Assembly: GCF_006345805.1 (NCBI RefSeq)
Contig: NC_042998.1
Location: 140,244,001 to 140,308,000 of the forward strand
From: Octopus sinensis
Taxonomy: Eukaryota
Direction of reading: 5' to 3'
Length of the DNA: 64,000 nt
This document shows, in pieces, positions 13,213 through 25,299 of this stretch. The position numbers and the translations under genes were made by a program. Within the stretch, counting starts at the first letter, position 1. Every line of letters starts with the position of its first letter. Below the pieces are notes generated by a model. The model was not told where the DNA came from. It searched no databases and worked only from the letters and a program-made list of their open reading frames with translations.

Positions 13213-13795
13213 ATATTCTTTTCTACTCTAGGTACAAGGCCCAAAATTTCAGCGGAGAGGGCCAGTCGATTAGATTGTCCCCAGTACGCAACTCGTGCGT
13301 AATTTATCGGCCCCGAAAGGATGAAAGGCAAAATCGACCTCGGCGGAATTTGAACACAGAACGTAACGACAGACGAAATGCCGTTAAGTATTTCGCCCGG
13401 CGTGCTAACGTTTCCGCCAGCTCGCTGCCTTACATAACAAAAATATTTTTTTCTACTCGAGGCACAAGGCCTGAAATTTTGTGGAAAGGGACCAATCGAT
13501 TAGATCGACTCCAGTACGCAAATGGTACTTAATTTATCGACCCCGAAATGATTAAAGGCAAAGTCGACCTCGGTGGAATTCTTTTCTACTCTAGGCACAA
13601 GGCCCGAAATTTTGGCGGAGGAGGCCAGTCGATTAGATCGATTCCAGTATGCAACTGGAACTTAATTTATCGAACCTGAAAGGATGAAAGGCAAAGTTGA
13701 CCTCGGCGGAATTTGAACTCAGAACGTAACGGCAGACGAAATGCCGCTAAGCATTTCGCCCGGCGTGTTAACTTTTCTGCCAGCTCGCCACCTTA
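13213..13795 (-). mobile_element. Three adjacent family-1 SINEs (tail B)
   Basis: Units at ~13213-13430, 13445-13580 and 13581-13795. Confidence 0.85.
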
Positions 13796-14039
13796 CATAG
13801 CATAAATATTAGTAATGTACTTGGGGTAGATCCAACCGATTCTTAGTCCTTCTTTCTTTGGTGATGTGTGGTTTTTTTGCCAGCACCCCAAAAAATCAAA
13901 ACTTTATCTAGCTTGTATTATATAAGATTATAATTGCTGAGTAAACCGAAGATTCTAGTTCTTTGTGGAATGCTTTGTTGTCAAGTGAAAAGTGCGATAT
14001 CCAACTGATAGCTAAAGACTGGTAAGTTTAACATGTGAT

Positions 14040-14480
14040 GTGACACTCCATACCATCCACTATTACCACTTCTGCAACCACCGCCACCTCTACCACCACC
14101 ATCACCCCACGTCGCCGCCATCACCACGGCCGCTTTTCCCACTGCCGCCGCCATCACCATTGCCACCACCGCTGCCACCACCACCACCGCAACCTCTACC
14201 ACCAGCACCACAGCCATCACCAACACCACCACCATCACCACTAATAACGCCACAACCGCTGCCGTCGCTACCATCACCACAACCACCGCCTTTACCATCA
14301 TCACCACCTCTACCAGCAACAGCAGCAGCACCAGCAGCAGCAGCACCACCACCACCACTACCACCACCACTACCACCACCACCACCACCATCACCACCAC
14401 CACCACCACCACCACCACTACCATCACCACTACCACCACCACTGCTACCATCATTGCCGCCTTCACCATCACCCCTATAC
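14040..14480. repeat. (CCA/CCG)n low-complexity tract
   Basis: Direct reading. Confidence 0.85.
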
Positions 14481-14574
14481 TCAGCCAGAATCACAACCAG
14501 AGTCCAGATCTGTAAAATGTGTGTCAGAGACAAATGGTAAAGATCGGTCTGGAATAGTTCCCCAGTATTTTATC

Positions 14575-14870
14575 CAGACATGTAGGTAAAAACGTGATAT
14601 CCGCATACCAACAAAATATAAAAAGAAAAAAGGATAAAAATCCTTCCTCTGTCACATAGACTCATAAAGGACGGTTTCCCAGTTTCTATGGCGTATATAT
14701 TCTCTTTCTGGATGGGACGCCAGTCCGTCATAGGATTACTCATTTTTACTAGTTGAGTTAACTGGTGCAAAGTGAAATGAAGGGTTTTGTTCAACAGTAC
14801 AATGCGTTGTCCGGTCCAGGATTCGAAACCACAATCTTATGATCAGGAGTCCAACACCGTAACCACTAAA
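14575..14870 (-). mobile_element. Family-4 SINE (V-domain-like GATGGACTGGCGTCCCATCCAG)
   Basis: tRNA-like head ..TAGTGGTTACGG..GGTTTCGAATCC; body resembles 44799-45046. Confidence 0.7.
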
Positions 14871-14989
14871 AGTAGAGTTACATTCTCGAGTTATGACGAT
14901 TCATATGGGCTGGTTTCCATGAAACCACAATCTCACGATCATGACTCTTCATTTTCAAGTCAAGTACTTATCCTATCGGTTTCTTTCTG

Positions 14990-15310
14990 AATATACTCTT
15001 TTACTCATTTACTCTTTTACTTGTTTCAGTCATTTGACTGCGGCCATGCTGGAGCACCGCCTTTAATCGAGCAACTCGACCCCGGGACTTATTCTTTTGT
15101 AAGCCCAGTACTTATTCTATCGGTCTCTTTTGCCGAACCGCTAAGTAACGGGGACATAAACACACCAGCATCGGTTGTCAAGCAATGCTAGGGGGACAAA
15201 CACAGACACACAAACACACACACGCACATATATATATATATACATATATACGACGGGCTTCTTTCAGTTTCCGTCTACCAAATCCACTCACAAGGCTTTG
15301 GTCGGCCCAT
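14990..15310 (-). mobile_element. Family-2 SINE, 5'-truncated
   Basis: Tail CTTTTACTTGTTTCAGTCATTTGACTGCGGCCATGCTGGAGCACCGCC read on the plus strand. Confidence 0.88.
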
Positions 15311-15339
15311 GGTTATGATACTTTTGAAGTTAGGATTAT

Positions 15340-15610
15340 CCAACGACGACAACAACAACAACAACAACAACAACAAACAGCAACAACAACAACAGCAACA
15401 ACAACAACAGCAGCAGCAGCAGCAACACAACAACAACAGCAACAGCAACAGCAGTAGCAGCAACAACAACACAACAACAACAACAACAACACGAGCTCCA
15501 ACATCAACAACCCCATCATCATGATCATGATCATGATCATCATTATCACCATCATCAACAACAATAACAACGAAAGCAGTAGCAACATCGATGACAACAA
15601 CAATTACTAA
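15340..15610. repeat. (CAA/CAG/CAT)n tract
   Basis: Direct reading. Confidence 0.9.
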
Positions 15611-16189
15611 CAATTGTTTCCGTGACATTTTAGCAAAAACAAAATATGTACTTTTAGTTACTGAAGCCTAACTTCAGTTGAAACGAAGTCTCAAAGGACG
15701 AATTTAATAGACGCTATCGCGAGGAATGTAAAACAAGCGAATTTTAAGATGCGGTCTTTTAGTAACGCTCCTTATAGGTAGAATGGCCGACTGGATAAAT
15801 TATTGGATTATGTGATCATGGATCAGGAATTCATAGCCATGACATTTTGTTTTTTTCGTTATCTCTTTCATTAGGTCAGTTTATTCAGTTGGGTTATCAG
15901 ATTTATTAGTTGTTTTTAACTAGATTATGAACACTCTGTCGTCGAATATCTGACATGGCGTGAAAGTTATCCAAATTAAAAAAAAAAAGAACGATAAACA
16001 AAAGTTGTAGAGGAAGGATGAGTGTAGGACAAACCCCCGCCTAGGAAAAAAATAATCCTGGGAAAAAAAACTAGGAAAAAAACCCTTAAGGACAAAATCC
16101 TCCCCCACCCCCGAACAAAAAACAAGCAATTTTTAAATCATAATTTTTATTATTATTTCTAGTTTATCACTCCCTTTCCTCTGCTAATA

Positions 16190-16645
16190 TTGGATTCAAG
16201 TTTTGGTACAATGCCAGCAATTTTGGGAGAGGGGGTAAGTCGATTACATCGACCTCAGGGGTCAAATGGTACTTATTTTATCGACCCCCAAAAGATGAAA
16301 GGAAAAGTCGACTTCGGTGGCATTTGAACTCAGAACGTAAAGACGGACGGAATGCTGCTAAGCATTTTGCCCGGTGCGGTAACGCTTCGGCCAGCTCACT
16401 GCCTTTTTCCTCTGCTAACATTAGCAAAGCTTTGAAGGTGGTGAAGATGGCAAATCGTTAGCGGGCCGGGCAAAATACTTAGCAGTATTTCGTCTGTCTT
16501 TTCGTTCTGCGTTCAAATGTCACTGAGATCGACTTTGTCTTTCATCCTTTCGGGGTCGATAAAATAAGTACCAGCTGAACATTGGGGTCGACGTAATCGA
16601 CTTACTCCTCCCTCCGAAATTGCTGACCTTGTGTCAAAATTTGAA
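16190..16645. mobile_element. Head-to-head inverted pair of family-1 SINEs
   Basis: Minus copy ~16190-16385, plus copy ~16440-16645, spacer ~55 bp. Confidence 0.85.
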
Positions 16646-16789
16646 TTCATTTTTCGTAGTTTATGAACACTTCTCTGAGATGTAAAATATCACAGCTATA
16701 ATAATAGAAGCGAAATTCTGTCTGTCCGTCTGAGATCTCTGTATCTCAGTCTACATTTGCTCTACATAGACATATTAATTCTTGCAAAT

Positions 16790-17335
16790 GTGCAGTGGGG
16801 GCCATATGGGGGCACAGTGCCCAGGCACGAGCATTCTCGGAGTGGGAGGGCTGTGGACGGGGACCAGGAGGTGAAGACTGGAACGCAGGACGAGGTGGGG
16901 GAGGGCAGAGGGGGCAAGGACGATGTAGGGTGTGTCAGAGGTAAAGACGAGGGAAGACGGAGCGATGGCGGCGGGGAAGGGGAGTGACGGGTTTGTCGGC
17001 CCCAAAGGGAGAGACGGGTTGAAGTCGGGCGAGCATTTGTAGGGACTCGCAGCAGAAGCGGAGGGGATGCCCGGGGTATGCGCATGCAGTCGAGACGAAA
17101 CCAAGACAGAGGGAATATAAACATAAAGGTTTCTTAGTCTGCTGCGTAAAGAGTGTAAAGGTGGAGGGGAGAGTGTCCAGGTGGAGAGTGAACGGGGAGG
17201 GGGTTCAGGGAGAGTGAGAGGTGTATTCTGTTGAACGACGAGGGATGCGAGGTGTCCATGAGTTCTTATGGTGAGTTGGTGACTGAGATTGGCGGGCCGG
17301 TATTGTATAATACCCTGCTGCCCGTGGTGGAACAT
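16790..17335 (-). other. GC-rich, purine-skewed island with a 186-aa Pro/Ser/Leu-rich ORF; origin unknown, possibly a retroelement fragment
   Basis: Sharp compositional contrast with the flanks; ORF 16775-17335; no recognisable motif. Confidence 0.25.
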
Positions 17336-18552
17336 GAAGAGTTTAAAAATTTCAGAGAAAAAATATTAAATGTAATATGAACAATTTTTAAAAATAGATG
17401 ATGAAAATGTGAACTTTTTGTTTTTTCTTTTAAGTAGAAGAAAAATGAGAGGAAAAACTGTCCAAAATAATGTCTAAATGTAACCACTCGACTTCGGAGG
17501 TCGAGTGGGTATTGCGCCTCGTTCTATCATTTTCATAATTTCATTCGTTTATTTTTATTTTTTCTTCTTCACTCGATTTCTTTTTGTATTTTTATTTCCC
17601 TGAATTTATGTTTTGCATTGTCTTTGTATTGTGCAACCTTGTGGGCAATAAAATAAACGAGGACGTTGGTGTTGCCTTGGCGAAGGTTTGCGCTCTCTGA
17701 ATGCTCATGCTAATTACATAATAACCCCAATCACAAAAATGAGCATAATAAAAAGAACATCCTACCGTATCTTTGAAAAATTAAAACAAACACAATATTG
17801 AAAACCTCCTTAATGTTGAGTTATTTTACTACAACCCGATGCTGTGCCCTACGTCATTCAAAAATTTCTTTACAATCTTCCCCTTATTCACACAGTCTAG
17901 AGGGGTATTTTGTCTTAGCGGGTGCTTTGTCCGGATCACCAGAAGAATATGGCAACAAAAACCATATAAAAATATGTCTTGTGTTAATTCAAATGACATT
18001 GGAAAGTATTAAAATAAACGGTAAGAAACGGACGAAGTTATTTGACAAATAAATACATTTACTCAGATCAATGGCTTAAAAATCTCGTTTGTGATGGAAC
18101 TACATCGGTGTCCTGCACCGGAAGATATTTATTTCTCATCTGCTCTCTCAGTGAAACAAGAGTTAAGCGCAATACTCGTTGTGCCCACACGGCTTAAGGG
18201 GAGAAAATCAATAGGATGTATTGTTATAATATAATCTAGTTAATTTGATTTAAACTGTCATTTATTTTAGCTACCACACTTTCTCAGGAATATTTTGCCG
18301 CCGAAGCAAAACACTCGCCTGTTTTCAGCGAATTTGGATATACATTTTTTACAGCATGGAAGATAGATTTTAGCCATTCAAAAACACACAAAAGCTGTCA
18401 ACTTCATTTAAACTTTTTTTGTTTGTGTCAAAATTTTCGTCACACCAACTGTGACCTGCTCACTGATGCAGTTCCACTGTAGTAGAATCGCATCAGTGAC
18501 CAGGTTACAGTTGGTGCAATGAAAATTTTGGAGCCAAATAGTAACTGTTTAA

Positions 18553-18773
18553 CCCTTTTGTTACCAACCCGGCTGAAACCGGCTTTGGCTCTGTAGTACA
18601 AATGTCTTGTTTTCATAAGTTTTGAATTAAAATCTTCCACCAAACCTTAGTCATAATTTATGATCCTGATACTAGCTGAATGCCAACAAAGTTATTTTAC
18701 TAAATTCTTTGTTATATTTAAAGTAATTGAAAGAAACAAAGAGCATCTCAAAATAAATACAGTAATGAAAGGG
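18553..18773. mobile_element. piggyBac-type MITE
   Basis: TTAA|CCCTTT...AAAGGG|TTGG termini; the right TTAA is mutated. Confidence 0.65.
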
Positions 18774-18952
18774 TTGGAAACTGTTAACAGTCTTTGTTTG
18801 TTTCTGAATGGCTGATTTGTCTTCTACGGTGTAAATGTTTCAGCTTCAACATACGGGCTCAAATCAAATCACTTTCCCGGCAAATACACCACTCAAATAT
18901 GTGTGTGTGTGTATCTTTTATCTTTTATTCGTTTCAGCCATGCAGCTGTGAT

Positions 18953-19038
<86 letters not shown>

Positions 19039-19039
19039 T

Positions 19040-19570
19040 ATAAAATATAAAGGGAATGGAGAAAGTCCAAATCTGGTAAACCACAATGAACCCATGTATA
19101 CGGATTTAATTAAGGTAAAAATTGTCTCAAAAACATATACTGATATATTAACAATACATTTAAAAATACATATAAAAATATGAAAATATATGAATATTAA
19201 AAATATATAGGGACATATAGATATATGAATATACAAACATAATAATAATATAATGACGTATAGCATTGTACGTTTTAAAAAATGTACAATTCTATACTTC
19301 ATTATTAATATGTTTGCATGCTCATGTATTTATATGTCCATATATATGTTTAATATTCATATATTTTCATATTTTTATATGTATTTTCAATATATCAATA
19401 TATGTTTTGGGGGCAATTTTTATCTTAATTAAATCCGTATACAGGTGTTCAAAGATACAGACTGCATAGAAGTGCTCAGGTGGAGCCAGAGACATTAGAC
19501 AATTATAATAAATGGAATGAAGAAAATTCAAATCTGGTAAACCACAATGAACACATGTATACGGATTATA
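19040..19570. repeat. AT-rich segment present as an inverted copy (~19085-19255 vs ~19290-19450) and a partial direct copy (~19505-19570); Penelope-like terminal pattern
   Basis: CAAATCTGGTAAACCACAATGAAC.CATGTATACGGATT occurs twice; TTAATTAAATCCGTATAC is the inverted match. Confidence 0.6.
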
Positions 19571-19689
19571 TATATATATATATATTTATATATATAGAAA
19601 GAGAGACTAAACCTTTTATTATATTGCTAAATTAAATGCCCTTGTGATGTCTTGCCAAACTGTATGTATATGTGTGTGTGCGCGCGCGC

Positions 19690-19884
19690 GTGAGTGCAGG
19701 CGTAGCTGTAGGGAGAAGCTTGCCTCCCAACCACATGGTTCCAGGTTCAGTCCACTGCGTGGTACCATGGGTAAATGTCTTCTTCTTTAGCGTTGGGCCG
19801 ACTAAAGCCTTGCGAGTGGATGTGGCAGACGGAAACTGAAAGAAGTCTACCCACATGTGTGTGTGTGGTGTGTGTGTGTGTGCG

Positions 19885-19946
<62 letters not shown>

Positions 19947-20392
19947 CGCGCGCGAGTGTTTCTATCTGTGTTTCTCCCTTCCATCAACCAGTGCTGGTGT
20001 GTTTACGCACCTGTAATTTCGTGGTTCTGCAAAAGTGGTCGATAGAAGTACCAGGATTTAAAAAATATAACTCATAGCAATTATTCAAAAATATTGTAAG
20101 TCCAAAACGGTTGCTTTTTCAGAAAACGAAAAAATAATTTCACTGTTCCATAGCAAAACCGTTGTACTACACTTTGACAATTTTTGATATCTTGGCATCT
20201 GAAGCAAGTTTGACCAAAAGAACCGGCTATTGCAAGCAAGAATAAATATTGGAAAAAAGGCATTTGGCCAAATTTGGACATACGACAGTTTAACATAATA
20301 GCAACGAATACTGGGGTCGATTCATTCTGCTAAAAGAAATTCTTCAAGGTGGTGCTCCAGCATGGCCACAGACTGAATGAAGTAAAAGATAA
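19690..20392 (+). mobile_element. Family-2 SINE interrupted by a ~230-bp unrelated insert (~20072-20303)
   Basis: The SINE tail resumes at TACTGGGGTCGATTC after the insert. Confidence 0.75.
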
Positions 20393-22419
20393 ATATGTGT
20401 GTGTGTGTGTGTGTGCGCACGTTACCTTTTAAATTCTTTATTGGTAGTTCACCATATTATGAAGGCTGCGAGTGAGGAGGAGAATGGTCTCACTAGTATT
20501 TATTTGAGTGTTCATATATTTTATTTAACCCACATCATTTATATTTACATGTAAGCATGTAATTGATATAATGTAACAACGAGTATTATAATTCATGAAA
20601 CAACTAACATAATAGCAATATTCTATAACACATGTTGGATAATATTGTAAAAGTGGTTTTGGAAATGAAATATGTTGGTGTATTTAAAGCTACTGCATAT
20701 AAGCAATGTGTGCGTGATTCGACACTAGAGTTTAAGGTCGGCAGCTTTTGTAGACCAAGACATAAGCATGCTGAGACGAAGTGAAAGAGAGTGTGAGACC
20801 AACTCATTAAGTAAAACGGCTTAGTTTCATGTGGAGTGCTGAGTGGGTCTGGTCTAAAGTTGAACTTGCTAATTCTTTTTTTTTATGTCCGTAAGCAAAA
20901 GCTTCCTGAACCTTCGATCAAGCTGTTTCGTTGCATCAGCCATAACAAGGTAGCCACTCTGATAGGTTGAACGATCTGCACGTAGGGGTAAATGCCTCTT
21001 AAGATGACATATTGCCTTTTATAACGATGTTGTAGGTCGTGGTCTTGAGTTGGGAAAAATCTGAAACTGATGGTTCAAAACTCAGCAGGAGCTGCACTAC
21101 TTCTTAAATTATAAAACGACCTCTTAAAAGCCATAAAGTTTAAAATACTGTATGTATAACATTAATAATGTGCATACAAAGGCGGAACAGCATCAGCTAT
21201 AATATTTTGTCTCAAAACAGACTTTCGCTCAAAACAAGGTTTCGTTCAAAACGTCGGTAGATCGCTAGACATGGCATTTCGACCTGATTTGAATTCCTGA
21301 GTGAGGGATACTTACAAACGTTTTGAGCTAAGCTGTAAATGCTTGTTCTGGTATTTTCGACTTAGTTCAGAACGAACGTTCGGAGTATTCATCACTGAGG
21401 AGACTAAATCAAGTTAAAACACTGCATCCGGCGACCTACCCGGCATTCTGAGCGAAGCCCTGTATTTTTAACACAAGTATTTCTGAGAAGTTTCTCTGAA
21501 ACCAAATACTGCAGTTAGTACTGTTCCACGTTTTGTATATACATTATAAAATTCATACACATTGGTATTTTTTACCCAAAATGGTTTTAAAAGCGTATAT
21601 TAATATGAAAGGCATAACACTTCTTTGTTTTTGAAGTGAAGCAATGATCTTTCACATTGGTTTATGAAATATAATAATTTCCGCTGTTAAATCCTCTCGC
21701 AGACCAAAATCATTAACGGACAGGCTACCCTCTCGCTCTGCAGCGTTTGCTTCATCTTTACGTAATGAGGATATGAAAAGAACATATGAGTAATTCTATA
21801 CTATCATAATACAAACATTATTATAAAAAAAAACTTATAATGTTTGTAGTTAATAACACTGCATTACAAAGGGGAAAATGAAAGAAATTAAATAGACCTA
21901 CTAGGCAGACTTCTATGTAATAATCGTAATTGTACTATTAGTGGTGGTAGAAGTAATAGTATAAAACTAGTGGTATTTTGAAAATTATGTAATTGCTGGA
22001 AGTTACCAGAAAACAAAAAATACATAATTTCTTTTGAAGCATTTGATTTTTGAGAGAGAGAGAGAGGGGAGGAGAGAGGGAGAGACAGTGACAGAGGGGT
22101 AAAGTGCACGCAGATAGTAGTCAAAGTGCAGTGTTAGGAGAGAACATCTTTGAAAACAATATTGTTTTATTATACTCTAAACTTAGAAGAGGTAAAAATG
22201 TACTTCTAACTTTAGAGTTATCAACTATTTATTTTTATGTTTATCAAGAAGTAAACAATCCTAACTATGGAACAAGACCAAGAAATAGTTTTATTATATC
22301 TATAATATTATTCTGCTTACGATTTGATTATGTTGGTGACGCTTTAACAAATCTTAATACGGCGCACTACGTCTTTCATTTTTGTATAAGAGAAAAGTGC
22401 ATACAAGTGCAAAGAGTTG

Positions 22420-22720
22420 GCTGGCTGGCTTGCTTCATGCTCTTTCTTGATGGGGCTGTGGTCCTCCCAGGTAAGTGGCCCAAGAGACGTCATCATGTGT
22501 AGATCCAGCTAGGTCCACTAGTGCTCTCCATCGCTGGCGGTTCTGGTGCCAACCCGTCTGCATCCTCTACATCCTCCAAGGCTCGTCGCCAAGATGGCAG
22601 CCCCATTATCCGACTATTCTGTGGAGGACCAACAATCCGCCCAGAAGAACCCTCAACCTGCTACGACACCTACCAGAAGAAACTAGACTGCTCATATTGA
22701 TGGACTTGAACTTCTGCACA
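22420..22720 (-). mobile_element. Decayed LINE RT C-terminal fragment (RTE-like)
   Basis: Minus-strand ..NRQRWRALVDLA.. and HRIV..DNG.. resemble RTE C-termini (R..WR..V). Confidence 0.4.
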
Positions 22721-22737
22721 GTAGCTAGGATATGTAA

Positions 22738-22806
<69 letters not shown>

Positions 22807-23204
22807 AATATATATATATATAGCAATAATAATTCTCTAAATGAGATATAGACAGTGACTGCTCCGTAATATAAGGGATATTAGCCAACCGAATATGGCT
22901 AGGGACAGGGCAGGGTGGTGGGGGGGGTGTCACTGTTGCATTTAGCCCCGGCGAACATCAACGTCACCAGATAGGCCTGACGCCATCACGGCGTCCTCTA
23001 TCTTGCAAAGGGAGATCACTCACCAAGAAGCCGATACCACACACGGACCTAGGTTTCAAGGTGTATTGCCTATTATCAACGTGTGGTAGGCATCGCTTCT
23101 CGATGAACGACCAACTGTGCAAGATATATATAAGGATTTTCAAGTAAATACATTTACTGATTTCGAAAATCTGTTCTACAGCAATAATAATTCTCTAAAT
23201 GAGA

Positions 23205-23441
23205 TAGCTTGTTAGTCTCTTTAAGTGAACATTTTTCTGGTTGAAATACACCGAAAAATGGCAACACAGCAGTCAAAAAATCGTAAAAAATAGGGATTTT
23301 CATAGAAAAAAAGCACCTTTTTGATGTAAATAATTTTTGGTGTTAACATGGTCCGATTTGAATTTTTTTCTTATTCGGAAGGAAGAGCAAGCCTTCGTCT
23401 ATCATACTCTCAATTTTGGTCAACTTGGGCCGCAGATATAT

Positions 23442-23477
<36 letters not shown>

Positions 23478-23771
23478 AAGCTGAAGTTGTCTGTGTATGG
23501 CAAGTTTGTAGCCTTCAACTAACACTATCTCATCCGAGATCTGCGGCCCAAGTTGACCAAAATTGAGAGTATGATAGACGAAGGCTTGCTCTTCCTTCCG
23601 AATAAGAAAAAAATTCAAATCGGACCATGTTAACACCAAAAATTATTTACATCAAAAAGGTGCTTTTTTTCTATGAAAATCCCTATTTTTTAAGATTTTT
23701 TGACTGCTGTGTTGCCATTTTTCGGTGTATTTCAACCAGAAAAATGTTCACTTAAAGAGACTAACAAGCTA
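23205..23771. repeat. Near-perfect 233-bp inverted repeat with a ~100-bp loop
   Basis: Arms 23205-23437 and 23539-23771; only one mismatch seen (ACGAT vs AAGAT). Confidence 0.92.
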
Positions 23772-23851
23772 CATAATGCAAAATTTTACTTTTCAAAAAT
23801 TCCAATCCTAAAGGGTCGAAACAAAACCGAGCAACGCCGGGCGATACTGCT

Positions 23852-23853
<2 letters not shown>
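23470..23853 (+). mobile_element. Non-autonomous Helitron-like element (right arm of the foldback)
   Basis: Begins ATATAAAGCTGAAGTTGTCTG; ends with the GC hairpin CCGAGCAACGCCGGG, then CTGG|T (CTRR 3' end, T flank). Confidence 0.55.
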
Positions 23854-23893
<40 letters not shown>

Positions 23894-23988
23894 TATATAT
23901 ATATATACATTCAAAATGTGACCGCGTGTGTACCGTTGGCGATTTTTGTTCCTCTGTCTTCCCTTCTCTGGATCTTTCCTTCTCCTAT

Positions 23989-24023
23989 GTTTCCGACGAA
24001 GAGCTTCGCTCGTAACGTTAAAC
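23989..24023 (+). ncRNA. Degenerate minimal hammerhead motif in a Penelope-like terminus (~23920-24125)
   Basis: GTTT-CCGACGA-A-GAGC(TTC)GCTC-GTAA-CG-TT-AAAC. Helix I GTTT/AAAC is perfect; GAAA is mutated to GTAA. Confidence 0.5.
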
Positions 24024-24158
24024 CCTCCTTCTTTCCTTCTTTCTTGAGCGTCCAATAATACTATATTTGTCCACGTCCTCGCGTTGTTGTGTTTTTTTGT
24101 ACTTTCTTGTTTGGATTAACTATATATACACTGCTAGTACATATATATATATATATAT

Positions 24159-24369
24159 AATTGTTAAAGAGGACAACAAACGTTAGGGTAAGGCAAACAT
24201 CTCAAGGCATTATTATTATTGGCAAAAAGTCAAAGTCTTACAGCTATTTCTGGATATCCCAAAGTACCCCAGAAACAGCTGTAAGTTTTTGAATTTTTTC
24301 CAATGATAATACTGTATATGACTTGAGATGTTTACCTCGCCTCAACGGTTGTTGTCCCCTTTAACAATT
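24159..24369. repeat. Imperfect foldback, Penelope-like terminal sequence
   Basis: AATTGTTAAAG...CTTACAGCTATTTCTGG is mirrored by CCAGAAACAGCTGTAAG...CTTTAACAATT. The GAAACAGCTGTA half-hammerhead is present. Confidence 0.7.
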
Positions 24370-24823
24370 ATATATCTGCTATATCGGTAATCTGCAATGG
24401 CTCCATAACTACTGCCTCAGTTACAATTTTGGAGCCCTAGTCGTCCGTTACAGCACTTACCTAGCATGCCTAATCGTTTAGATCACTTGTGAATTAACCC
24501 CGCCCCATACTTTGTACACACACACACACACTCACAGACACGCATATTCTGTATTGTTTCTATCCGTAATTTTCTGTCCTACTTGTACTTTGTTGTCCTT
24601 CAAGTTATATCTTTGTTTGTCCATCAACTCGGTGTTATTCTCTATAGCACAAGCGCAACCAGACGAGCAATACCACAGAGTTTTAAAGTCTTCAGTCTTG
24701 AAAAGGCGCTGAAACTACGCTTGTAGTCTGGACCACCGAGGCTGATGAGAGGGTTTCCATATTTCCTTCTCTTTCGTTCTCTTCCTGTTAATCGTTTCCA
24801 TGTTCCATTTTGAATTTTCTTCA

Positions 24824-24863
<40 letters not shown>

Positions 24864-24945
24864 CACACACACAAACACACATACATACATGCAGCTGAGT
24901 TGAATAATGACAACAAGAATTACGTAATCAACAAAAGCGTCTTAC

Positions 24946-25029
24946 ATTTGTTTCAGCTACAAGATGCAGTGCACTTAGAGCAGTGTTTGTGCATCATCTT
25001 ATAGCTTCCTCGGAACTTCTGAACGTTGT
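24946..25029 (-). pseudogene. Exon-like 84-nt segment with an in-frame TGA and an ankyrin-like peptide
   Basis: Acceptor TTGCTTTCCCAG| and donor AT|GTAAGA. Phase-0 reading TTFRSSEEAIR*CTNTALSALHLVAETN. Confidence 0.2.
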
Positions 25030-25299
25030 CTGGGAAAGCAATTGCATAAAATGAAAAGATTACCGTTGATTACGTCCTTCATGTTCTTTTATCGTTTATT
25101 TAACTTCATATTACGGTCGGTGGTTAGCTCACGCTTTACTTTCAAGCATATGTATATTAAGTTCTAACACCAGGTTATTAGTATTGCTATGGCTAAGCGA
25201 AATCTTAATACACACACACACACACGTATGTATGTACGTATGGCTCAGAATCATGGATACCCTATACATGACACGTTAGCCAACTACACATCTGCCACA

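Noticed and set aside
13981-14540. Pro-rich, Gly-rich and Val-rich ORFs in several frames
   Set aside because: Open on both strands because of the (CCA)n composition.
24642-24770. LRR-like peptide SAFSRLKTLKLCG on the minus strand
   Set aside because: Single short match, with no acceptor site or neighbouring repeats.
24740-24780. CTGATGA as a hammerhead core (similar partial at ~45829)
   Set aside because: No matching helix II closure plus GAAA downstream.
24946-25029. Selenocysteine readthrough of the in-frame TGA
   Set aside because: No selenoprotein motif and no SECIS identified.
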